A stretch of DNA of 33,875 nt from a virus, in UHGV virus genome UHGV-1463555; one strand, given 5' to 3'. This document shows positions 18,108-26,356 of the stretch, in pieces. Both the position numbers and the translations under genes were made by a program. Numbering within the stretch: position 1 is the stretch's first letter; every line of letters starts with the position of its first letter. The notes under the pieces were generated by a model. It worked only from the letters and a program-made list of their open reading frames with translations, searched no databases and was not told the origin of the DNA.

Positions 18108-18126
18108 GGGGCCTGTAACGGGCCCC
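18108..18126. other. GC hairpin (ggggcc-tgtaacg-ggcccc) between the recombinase and rep, flanked by A-tracts. Candidate double-strand origin/nick hairpin or weak terminator.
   Basis: A 6-bp G/C stem with a 7-nt loop. Located ~100 bp upstream of the HUH rep gene. Confidence 0.3.
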
Positions 18127-18226
18127 ATAAAAAAAGGTCAGGGGGAAATCCTCTTTGCCGTCCTTGTAATGGGTATTAACAAACGGAAGAAATATCATAA
18201 ATATTTAGGAACTAAAGAGGAGCAGC

Positions 18227-19132
18227 ATGAAGCACTACGATAACTATGATTATGAATCAGCATTTAATCAACAGGCAGATAAGTTACAAGAATGGGAGAT
18301 TGAAAAGTTGATCTCTGAGCAGCGGGTGAGCTGCCTTTATAGGACAACAACGAATAGATCTAAAAATCTGGTGAGTGGTGACGAGCTGCTAGAATCACAG
18401 GTGTATCCATCCTTCCTGAAAAGGGGAGATATGCCAGTAACCCTGAAAAAGAGAGAAACCAAACCGTCACAAAAAAATCTGAATGATAAGAACTCAAGAA
18501 GGTATTGCATCAGACTGGCCTGCATCAATTTTGGCAAAGGCGATATCTGGGCAACATTTGGTTGGAATGATGAGTACATGCCAGGAGATGCCAAAGCTGC
18601 TATCAAGGATATTCGGAATTTTATTACGAGGATAAACTATCGCAGAAAAAAGAATGGACTGAAAAATATTAAATACATATACATCCTGGCATTTGATGGA
18701 AAAGTCCGTCCACATTTCCACATCCTTATGACAGGAGAGGGTGTGGATCGTGATGAGCTGGAAGATATGTGGAAAAAGTGTGACCGAAAAAATACTCGGA
18801 GAATTAAGCCAGATGAGGATTTTTTGATTACAGGATTAGCAACATACATTACGAATAACCCAAGAGGTACAAAAAGATGGTGTGCCTCCAAGAACCTGAA
18901 AAAGCCACCGGAACCGACCAGAAGTTACGGAAAGTTCCGCAGAGGGAAAGTGAACCGGATGGTAAAAAATGATGATACCATGCGACAGGAAATGGAAAAA
19001 GCCTATCCAGGATATAAGTTCCTCGATGCAGAGGTTAAATACAATCCGGATCTGGCGATGTTTTACATCTATGCCCGGATGATTAAGCATGGATCCTGTG
19101 AAGATATGCAGAAAGTGGGAAAGAGAAGTTGA
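18227..19132 (+). CDS. rep: Rolling-circle replication initiator, HUH endonuclease superfamily (pC194/Rep_1-like).
   Basis: 'RPHFHILM' matches the HUH motif 2 of RCR initiators (NPHFHVL). The downstream 'LATYITN' supplies a candidate catalytic Tyr. The protein is 301 aa and basic. Confidence 0.6.
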   Translation: MKHYDNYDYESAFNQQADKLQEWEIEKLISEQRVSCLYRTTTNRSKNLVSGDELLESQVYPSFLKRGDMPVTLKKRETKPSQKNLNDKNSRRYCIRLACINFGKGDIWATFGWNDEYMPGDAKAAIKDIRNFITRINYRRKKNGLKNIKYIYILAFDGKVRPHFHILMTGEGVDRDELEDMWKKCDRKNTRRIKPDEDFLITGLATYITNNPRGTKRWCASKNLKKPPEPTRSYGKFRRGKVNRMVKNDDTMRQEMEKAYPGYKFLDAEVKYNPDLAMFYIYARMIKHGSCEDMQKVGKRS

Positions 19133-19374
19133 ATTATAGTGTACGGGTAAGATGCCCTTACTATGAAACTATGGCAAGTGACACAAAAAAGCAGGCAACA
19201 ATAACCTGCCAGAACATATGCTGCAATCTGGGGTTTGAGATCAAAAACCAGATCGTTTTTACGTGCCATGAAGAAAAAAGCAACTTTGCCGGGATATTTT
19301 GCGAAGATATGTATGAGACATGCCCTTACTTTAAGGGAATCTATAAAACACAAATGGAGGATGAGAAGAAATGA
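19129..19374 (+). CDS. Small Cys-rich protein (CPYY...C..C...CPYF), translationally coupled to rep.
   Basis: ORF of 81 aa. Its start overlaps the rep stop (ttgaATtatagtg...). Eight Cys residues are present. Confidence 0.45.
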   Translation: MNYSVRVRCPYYETMASDTKKQATITCQNICCNLGFEIKNQIVFTCHEEKSNFAGIFCEDMYETCPYFKGIYKTQMEDEKK

Positions 19375-19658
19375 AAAAGAAAATGAGCTTAATGGAGAGA
19401 GTGAAGATTGCAGAACGGAGAGAGGCAGAGGCAAAACGCCAGGCAGAGAGGGACAGAAAAAGATTTATGGAGGCAGATCTGATTGCAAAAGGAGCCATGG
19501 TTTGGGTGTCAGCTCTGGCAAGAAGAGAAGGCCCAGTGATCCATGTGAGCGCTGAAGAAATTGAAAAAGCAAGAGCGGGAAAATATAAATGCCGTATGGT
19601 AGCAGATGGATCTGTTGATATGGTGGAAGAAGGATATTTTGAGAAATTTTATGAGTAA
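19371..19658 (+). CDS. Hypothetical charged protein.
   Basis: ORF of 95 aa overlapping the previous stop (atgaaaaagaaaATG). A lysine/arginine/glutamate-rich N-terminal helix. Confidence 0.45.
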   Translation: MKKKMSLMERVKIAERREAEAKRQAERDRKRFMEADLIAKGAMVWVSALARREGPVIHVSAEEIEKARAGKYKCRMVADGSVDMVEEGYFEKFYE

Positions 19659-19713
19659 ACACAATCGGACATGCTGATGTGCGCATACATGCGCGCGCGG
19701 TAAGTTAGTAGAG

Positions 19714-19737
19714 AAGCCCTGATATAGGGCTTTTTTG
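19714..19737 (+). terminator. Rho-independent terminator between the replication and packaging modules.
   Basis: Stem aagccct / agggctt, loop gatat, then ttttt. Confidence 0.7.
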
Positions 19738-19816
19738 CGTGGGAAAAACCGGACAAAGGTGGGGTGGTAGAGAAGGGACAGGAAAAAATATAAAATTGAT
19801 GCTATGAGGTGGTGAT

Positions 19817-20356
19817 ATGGCGGAAAAGAAGCGAAAAGCAGCAGGCCGCCAGAAATGGCGGGAATGGGCAGAAAGTGAAGAGCATCAGGCGGTTCTGTCA
19901 GCTTGGGCAAGAGCCGGAATGACAGATGAAGAAATAGCAAAGCAGATAGGGATAAGCAGATCCACGCTGGCGGAATGGAAAAAGAAATATGCACCAATTA
20001 ATGCGGCGCTGGCAACCGGGAAAGACTTTGCGGATCGTCTGATCGAGAACAGTTTGTACAAAAAGGCCATTGGCTTTTATGCAAGTGAGCAAAAGGCTTT
20101 TAAAGTTAAGACTGTAGAATATGACGAAGCAACAGGAAGAAAGATAAAAGAGTTTGAAGAATTAAAGACGGCGGAAGAGGTCCACTATTTTGAACCGGAT
20201 ATAAAAGCAATCATATTCTGGCTGAAGAACCGTAAACCGGATATCTGGAAAGAAAAAGTTGCAGAGGCTATGGCAGATGATGAGGGAACTGGTGTTATTG
20301 TTTTGACGCCAACCCAGGTGGAGCAGATCAGCAAGGAAGTAAAAAAGGATGAGTAA
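19817..20356 (+). CDS. terS: Terminase small subunit.
   Basis: The 179-aa protein has an N-terminal HTH ('MTDEEIAKQIGISRSTLAEWKKKY'). It lies immediately upstream of, and overlaps, the large terminase gene. SD ggtggtgatATG. Confidence 0.65.
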   Translation: MAEKKRKAAGRQKWREWAESEEHQAVLSAWARAGMTDEEIAKQIGISRSTLAEWKKKYAPINAALATGKDFADRLIENSLYKKAIGFYASEQKAFKVKTVEYDEATGRKIKEFEELKTAEEVHYFEPDIKAIIFWLKNRKPDIWKEKVAEAMADDEGTGVIVLTPTQVEQISKEVKKDE

Positions 20357-21797
20357 CCAAAGAATTGTATGGGCACCGCAGCCCCGGCAGGAAATAATGA
20401 TGTCACGTCCAGAATTTGAGGCTTTATACGGTGGAGCTGCTGGCGGTGGAAAGAGTGATTATTTAGTGGCAGAGGCACTGAGACAAGTCCAAATCCCACA
20501 GTATCGCGCAATCATTTTCAGAAAGACTTACCCTGAGCTGGAAGACATCATAAGCCGCAGCCATGAGCTTTACGGCTCAGCTTTCCCAAGAGCTAAATAC
20601 AACGAAAGTAAGCATGCCTGGAGGTTTCCATCTGGTGCAATGATCTATTTCGGGCAAATGCAGCACACGAAGGACAAGCTTAAATACCAGGGCCGACATT
20701 TTGATTTTGTGGGATTTGATGAACTGACGCATTTTGCGAAAGAAGAGTATATGTATCTCTTTTCCCGTGTCAGATCATCAGCACCTGGATTAAGAACATA
20801 TATCAGGAGTACGGCGAACCCAGGCGGTCCAGGACATCCGTGGGTGAAAGCACGATTTGTGAGCATAGCGAAGCCGGAGACTAAGATAGTGCAGGAAGTG
20901 AATATCACTAAACCATCCGGTGAGGTGATAAAGCGTACCAGAGACAGGATATTTATCCCTAGCTCGGTGTTTGACAATAAAGCTTTGCTGGACAACAACC
21001 CGGAGTATATCGCATCACTGGCTATGCTGCCAGAAGCAGAAAGAAATGCGCTTTTGTATGGTGATTGGGATTCGTTCAGCGGACAGGTGTTCTCAGAATG
21101 GGAAAATGACCCGTCAAATTATGAAAGCCGAGAATGGACCCATGTTATTGAGCCGTTTAAGATACCGGAAGGATGGCTGATCGGAAGAAGCTACGATTTT
21201 GGATATACTAAACCGTTCTCGGTTGGCTGGTATGCTGTTGATTATAGTGGATGTGTGTATCGGATCCGTGAGCTGTACGGTTGCAAAGAGGGACAGGCAA
21301 ATGTAGGACTGGAAGTGGATCCCGCAGAGCAGGCGCGGATGATCCGGGAAGTAGAAGAGACTGATCCAAACCTTAAGGGAAGAAAAATAGCAGGCATAGC
21401 AGATCCATCAATCTTTGATGTGAGCAGAGGCAATTCTATAGCGGACATCATGGCCCGAAATGGAGTGTATTGGAGCCCAGGCGATAATCATCGAATTGCC
21501 GGGAAAATGCAATATCATTACAGACTGGCATTTAATGCAGATGGACATCCGCTATTTTACGTTTTTAACACATGTAAGGGATTTATAAGGACGATCCCAC
21601 AGCTGGTATATGATGAAAAGAACGTAGAAGATATTGACACTACACAGGAAGATCATATTTATGATGAGTGCAGATATTTCCTGATGCAGTACCAGATCGC
21701 AAAGCGTGCGAATGTAAAGAAAAAACCGCCGCTGGATGATCCTTTGGATCTGTATAAGGCAGAACGTGAAAAAGCATATAAAATCATTAGGATTTAG
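20349..21797 (+). CDS. terL: Terminase large subunit (ATPase plus nuclease).
   Basis: Walker A 'GGAAGGGKSD' and Walker B 'FDFVGFDELTHF' are present. The C-terminal half is acidic and nuclease-like. The protein is 482 aa. The gene order terS-terL-portal supports the call. Confidence 0.85.
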   Translation: MSNQRIVWAPQPRQEIMMSRPEFEALYGGAAGGGKSDYLVAEALRQVQIPQYRAIIFRKTYPELEDIISRSHELYGSAFPRAKYNESKHAWRFPSGAMIYFGQMQHTKDKLKYQGRHFDFVGFDELTHFAKEEYMYLFSRVRSSAPGLRTYIRSTANPGGPGHPWVKARFVSIAKPETKIVQEVNITKPSGEVIKRTRDRIFIPSSVFDNKALLDNNPEYIASLAMLPEAERNALLYGDWDSFSGQVFSEWENDPSNYESREWTHVIEPFKIPEGWLIGRSYDFGYTKPFSVGWYAVDYSGCVYRIRELYGCKEGQANVGLEVDPAEQARMIREVEETDPNLKGRKIAGIADPSIFDVSRGNSIADIMARNGVYWSPGDNHRIAGKMQYHYRLAFNADGHPLFYVFNTCKGFIRTIPQLVYDEKNVEDIDTTQEDHIYDECRYFLMQYQIAKRANVKKKPPLDDPLDLYKAEREKAYKIIRI

Positions 21798-21805
21798 GAG
21801 CGAAA

Positions 21806-23686
21806 ATGGACGAAGAACTTGTAAAAAAGAAAATTGGTAAAAAAGAAGTAGATGATGCTTATGCCAGGTTGCAGAAGTATAAAGAGGGAAAAGCAGCATT
21901 AGAAACAAGAATTGTAGGTGCAGAGGAATGGTGGAAGAATAACCACTGGCAGCGCTTTAACAGTGAATTTCGCAACGCAAATGATCCCCAGCCGGTGAGC
22001 GCATGGCTTTTTAACAGCCTGATTAATAAACATGCGGATTTTATGGACAATTACCCATGCCCGGCTATTCTTCCCAGAGAACGGTCAGATGAGGATACGG
22101 CGAAAATCCTTTCTCAGGTGGTGCCGGTTATACTGGATCAGAATAATTTTGAGCAAGTATACAATGACTGCTCTTGGGATAAGCCCAAAACTGGGACAGC
22201 CATTTACGGGGTCTTTTGGAACAAAGAAAAAGAAAACGGCTTAGGAGACGTTGATGTAAAATGCCAGGATATCATGAATATCTACTGGGAGCCTGGTATA
22301 AAGGACATACAGCGATCAAAGGATGTGTTTACAACAGAACTTATGGACCTGGATGAGCTAAAAGAAGCATATCCAGAACTCGAAGATAAAACAGTAGGCA
22401 CAGGCGAACTGATAAAGTCAGAGTATATCTATGATGAGAACATCGATACAAGCAACAAGGTGCAGGTCATTGACTGGTACTACAAAAAAAGAATACTGCT
22501 TGCAACTGGCGGAGTTAAGACGGTGCTGCACTACTGCAAATTTATTCCGGGAATTGTGTTGTATGCATCTGAGGATGATGAAACATGCACCAATGGATGG
22601 TATGAGCATGGGAAATATCCGTTTGTATTTGATGTAATGTTCCCGGAAAAAGGATCGCCGGCAGGATTTGGATACCTGGATGTAATGGTAAATCCCCAGG
22701 AATATATAGACAAGCTGGATTCGGTGATACTCAAGTCTGCAAATTTGAGCAAACCGAGATATTTTGTATCGTCAGGATCAAATGTAAATGCAGAGGATTT
22801 TGCTGATTTAAGCAAAGATTTGGTGGAAGTATCTGGAACAATGGACGAAACCAAAATTAAGCAGATCCAGCCGCCACAGCTTCCGGAATATGTTATCAAC
22901 ATGCGAACAATCAAAGTGGATGAGCTGAAAGAAACAAGCGGAAACCGGGATTTTTCTCAGGGATCCACAGCATCGGGAGTAACTGCGGCTTCAGCTATCG
23001 CAGCATTGCAGGAAGCAGGAAGTAAACTGAGCCGGGATATGATCAAAACAAGCTACACCGCACATGCAGAGGTTGTGACACTGATTATTGAGCTTATCAG
23101 GCAGTTTTATGATCTGCCTCGTTGCTATCGGATCACTCAGCCGAATGGTGATGCACAGTATGTGATGATGGATAAGAGCGAATTACAGGAACAGACAGCA
23201 ACAATGATGGACGGGGAAATATTGACTAGAAGACCAGTGTTTGATGTCAAAATATCAGCACAGAAGGCAAGCCCGTATAGCAGGATCGCAAACAACGAAC
23301 TGGCAAAAGAACTCTTTGGTATGGGACTGTTTAATCCTCAGATTGCGGATCAGGCCCTTGCGGTAGTATCTATGATGGATTTTGATCGTAGAGAAGAAGT
23401 GATTAAAAAGATATCAGAGAATGGCACCATGTATCAGGAGATCCAGCAGTTGCAGCAGATATTAGCGCAGCTTGCACCGATGGTTGCTGAAATGACTAAC
23501 CGTCCGGATCTGGTACAGGCTATTGATGGATTGATCGGAAATAACCAGATGGCTATGACTGATGTGAATGTGAACCAAGGGAATAGCATAAAGACAAATT
23601 CTTTAGGACAGGCAGTGAATACAGATACCAGTCAGGCAGGAAAGGCCAGGGAAAAGGCAGCTACAGCAACGGAGGTAAACCAGTGA
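21806..23686 (+). CDS. Portal protein (by position and size).
   Basis: The 626-aa protein directly follows terL and precedes the head protease and scaffold. It has an acidic, Q-rich C-terminus. No family-specific motif could be named with confidence. Confidence 0.6.
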   Translation: MDEELVKKKIGKKEVDDAYARLQKYKEGKAALETRIVGAEEWWKNNHWQRFNSEFRNANDPQPVSAWLFNSLINKHADFMDNYPCPAILPRERSDEDTAKILSQVVPVILDQNNFEQVYNDCSWDKPKTGTAIYGVFWNKEKENGLGDVDVKCQDIMNIYWEPGIKDIQRSKDVFTTELMDLDELKEAYPELEDKTVGTGELIKSEYIYDENIDTSNKVQVIDWYYKKRILLATGGVKTVLHYCKFIPGIVLYASEDDETCTNGWYEHGKYPFVFDVMFPEKGSPAGFGYLDVMVNPQEYIDKLDSVILKSANLSKPRYFVSSGSNVNAEDFADLSKDLVEVSGTMDETKIKQIQPPQLPEYVINMRTIKVDELKETSGNRDFSQGSTASGVTAASAIAALQEAGSKLSRDMIKTSYTAHAEVVTLIIELIRQFYDLPRCYRITQPNGDAQYVMMDKSELQEQTATMMDGEILTRRPVFDVKISAQKASPYSRIANNELAKELFGMGLFNPQIADQALAVVSMMDFDRREEVIKKISENGTMYQEIQQLQQILAQLAPMVAEMTNRPDLVQAIDGLIGNNQMAMTDVNVNQGNSIKTNSLGQAVNTDTSQAGKAREKAATATEVNQ

Positions 23687-24048
23687 CAGAAATAACATTT
23701 GAAAACGTGCCAGGATACTTTCGCTTAAAGGTGGAAGGCCATGCCGGATATGGATGCGCTATGGGACTTCCGGAAGGGCATGACATCGTGTGCGCTGCGG
23801 TATCTGCCATTGGACAGACGGCAGCACAGTGTATGATCGACCTAGGAGAAGAAAAAGCAGTAGTGATTCAGGACTTGCAGATCAAAGATGGATTGATAGA
23901 TATTCGCGTTTTGGTCAAGAAAAAAGCACAGAAGCGCCTGAATGCAATGGTTTATACCATACAGAGAGGGTATGAAACATTAAGCAAATCTCACCCGGAA
24001 TTTGTCCATATGAACGTAAAGTCTGGGGTGGTAGAGAAGAAAAAATGA
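23683..24048 (+). CDS. Prp-like cysteine protease (ribosomal-processing protease YsxB/DUF464 family), the putative head-maturation protease.
   Basis: 'EGHAGYGCAMGLPEGHDIVCAAVSAIGQTA' matches the Prp signature 'GHAG...G.DIVCAAVS' with the catalytic His and Cys. The protein is 121 aa. The gene lies between portal and scaffold. Confidence 0.75.
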   Translation: MTEITFENVPGYFRLKVEGHAGYGCAMGLPEGHDIVCAAVSAIGQTAAQCMIDLGEEKAVVIQDLQIKDGLIDIRVLVKKKAQKRLNAMVYTIQRGYETLSKSHPEFVHMNVKSGVVEKKK

Positions 24049-24130
24049 ATGTGATACCATGAAATACAGAACGCGCGGGAAAGACCGCTGAATTTTAAGA
24101 CACGCAGGAAAGACTGCTGAGAGGAGCAAA

Positions 24131-24997
24131 ATGAAGAGAATCATCGAAATGAACTTAAGACTTTTTGAAGGTGAAGGTGGTGGAACCGGTGCGGCAGCAC
24201 CAGCAGCAGATCAAACGGGAGAAAATGTCCAGAACACCACTGGAAGCACTGGGGCAGAGGAAGGCCAGGAACAGGAAGAAACACCGGAAGAGCGGCAGGC
24301 AGGTTATGAAAAATTCAAGGAAAAGTATCGTGATCTGTATGGTAAAGACGTAAAAAGCCATATTGACCGAAGATTTAAGGATGAGCAGCGGCTGCATGAA
24401 CAGCTCAATTCATATGCGCCTTTGATGTCGTTGCTATCCGAAAGATACGGTATCGAAGACGGAAATGTAGCAAAGATCATGGAAGCCATCGACAATGATG
24501 ACTCTTTCTGGGAAGAGCAGGCTCTTAAAGAAAACATGACTGTTGATCAGCTGAAAAGAATGAGAAAGACAGAGGCTCAGAATAGACAGTTGGTTGAAAG
24601 CGCCCAGAGAGCGCAGCAGATCAGGCAGAGGGATGATATCTATGCCAGATGGGACCGAGAGGCTGAGCTTTGTAAGCAGCATTTCCCAGAATTTGATATG
24701 GCAAAAGAATGTGAGAATGAGGCTTTTACCAGGCTGTTGGGAGCCGGAGTAGAAGTCGAAAACGCCTATAAAGCAGTTCATTTCAACGAGATCACACAAG
24801 GGTTAATGGCCCAGACAGAGAGAGATACAAAGAAAAAAGTTGCGGATTCAATCCGATCTGGCAATGGCAGACCGTCCGAAAATGGTGTGGGTGCCGGTAG
24901 CGCAAATGGAACGAAAGTGAGTGCATGGGATTTATCACATGAAGAGTTCCGCAAAGTCATGGAGCGCGCAGCCAGAGGGGAGACCATTACGATGTAG
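24131..24997 (+). CDS. Scaffolding protein with a cleavable N-terminal leader.
   Basis: The N-terminus is 'MKRIIEMNLRLFEGEGGG' (an L27-like Prp cleavage motif). The protein is acidic and helical and lies between the protease and the capsid gene. Confidence 0.6.
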   Translation: MKRIIEMNLRLFEGEGGGTGAAAPAADQTGENVQNTTGSTGAEEGQEQEETPEERQAGYEKFKEKYRDLYGKDVKSHIDRRFKDEQRLHEQLNSYAPLMSLLSERYGIEDGNVAKIMEAIDNDDSFWEEQALKENMTVDQLKRMRKTEAQNRQLVESAQRAQQIRQRDDIYARWDREAELCKQHFPEFDMAKECENEAFTRLLGAGVEVENAYKAVHFNEITQGLMAQTERDTKKKVADSIRSGNGRPSENGVGAGSANGTKVSAWDLSHEEFRKVMERAARGETITM

Positions 24998-25009
24998 AAA
25001 GGAAAAAGC

Positions 25010-26020
25010 ATGAAAAAGACTATTATTTACATGAATCTTAGATTATTTGACGCACCGGCGAATACAACTACAGCATCAGGCATGTCTGTAGAAATGAAGA
25101 CATTTTATGATCGCAATCTGATCGAGAATGCAGAACCGGAACTTGTACATGATCAGTGGGCACAGACAAGAAACATTCCAAAGAATGGTGGTAAGACCAT
25201 TGAGTTCCGTAAGTATGATCAGCTGCCGAAAGCAATGACACCATTGACCGAAGGTGTAACACCGACCGGTAAAGCTATGAACGTTACCAAGATCGAGGCA
25301 ACGGTAAAGCAGTATGGTGATTTCATCGAACTATCTGATTTACTGATCTTAACAGCAATCGACAATAACATTGTTGAAGCAACCACCTTAATTGGATCTC
25401 AGGCAGGTAGAACCCTGGATACAATCTCAAGAGAAGTCCTGGCAGCCGGAACTAATGTACAGTATGCAGAGGGACAGGTAACTTCCAGAGCGGCCTTAAC
25501 CTCTGAGATGAAACTGACAGTTAAGGCTGTTAAAAAAGCAGTTCGATTCCTTAAAAAGCAGAATGCAAAGAAAATCAACGGATATTATTACGGTATTGTA
25601 CATCCAGACTGCTCCTACGATCTTACAGAAGATGAGCGCTGGATTGATGCGGTTAAGTACAAAAACCCAGAAAGAATTTATAACGGAGAGATTGGAGAAA
25701 TCGAGGGCGCTAGATTTGTTGAAACCACAGAAGCTAAAATCTGGGCTAAGGCCGGAGCGGCAAAGAGCACATCTGATGCCACAAAAATTGATGTATATGC
25801 AACTCTGATCTTCGGTGCAAATGCATATGCGACTACAAAAATTGAGGGCGGCGGCTTACAGACAATTATTAAACAGCTTGGTAGTGCTGGAACTGGTGAT
25901 CCACTGGATCAGAGGGCTACTGTGGGCTGGAAGGCGCTCAAAGTAACTGAAATCTTAACAGAGGCTTATATGATTCGTATTGAGACAGCATCTACATTTA
26001 GCGATGGAGAAGCGAACTAA
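25010..26020 (+). CDS. Major capsid protein (HK97-like) with a cleavable N-terminal leader.
   Basis: The N-terminus is 'MKKTIIYMNLRLFDAPAN', repeating the NLRLF motif of the scaffold. The protein is 336 aa. The composition and the position after the scaffold are typical of an HK97-fold MCP. Confidence 0.7.
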   Translation: MKKTIIYMNLRLFDAPANTTTASGMSVEMKTFYDRNLIENAEPELVHDQWAQTRNIPKNGGKTIEFRKYDQLPKAMTPLTEGVTPTGKAMNVTKIEATVKQYGDFIELSDLLILTAIDNNIVEATTLIGSQAGRTLDTISREVLAAGTNVQYAEGQVTSRAALTSEMKLTVKAVKKAVRFLKKQNAKKINGYYYGIVHPDCSYDLTEDERWIDAVKYKNPERIYNGEIGEIEGARFVETTEAKIWAKAGAAKSTSDATKIDVYATLIFGANAYATTKIEGGGLQTIIKQLGSAGTGDPLDQRATVGWKALKVTEILTEAYMIRIETASTFSDGEAN

Positions 26021-26034
26021 GGAGGTTTAAAAAC

Positions 26035-26337
26035 ATGGGAAGAACTGCAAAGGTAGAGGATGCAGTAGTAGAACAGGCTGCGGTAGAGGATGCAGTAGTA
26101 AAGCAGGATGCAGAGCCACAGAAAAAGGGAGAGAAGCTGATCAGATTCAAGATCCCGCTGGGAAGTGCAGATAAGGATCGTGCAGATGTTTTTGTTGCAG
26201 TAAACGGAAAGTCTTATCTGATTAAGCGAGGAGTACCAACAGAACTTCCGGAATCTGTTGTAGAGGTTCTGGAAAATGCAGAAGCTCAGCGTGAATATGC
26301 AATCGAATTTGAAGAAAGCGCAAGATACAAGGAGTAA
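26035..26337 (+). CDS. Small acidic head-associated protein (decoration or connector candidate) with an internal 10-aa duplication.
   Basis: The 100-aa protein contains 'VEDAVVEQAA/VEDAVVKQDA'. It directly follows the MCP. Confidence 0.45.
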   Translation: MGRTAKVEDAVVEQAAVEDAVVKQDAEPQKKGEKLIRFKIPLGSADKDRADVFVAVNGKSYLIKRGVPTELPESVVEVLENAEAQREYAIEFEESARYKE

Positions 26338-26356
26338 CTGAAAGGGGGCGGAAGAT

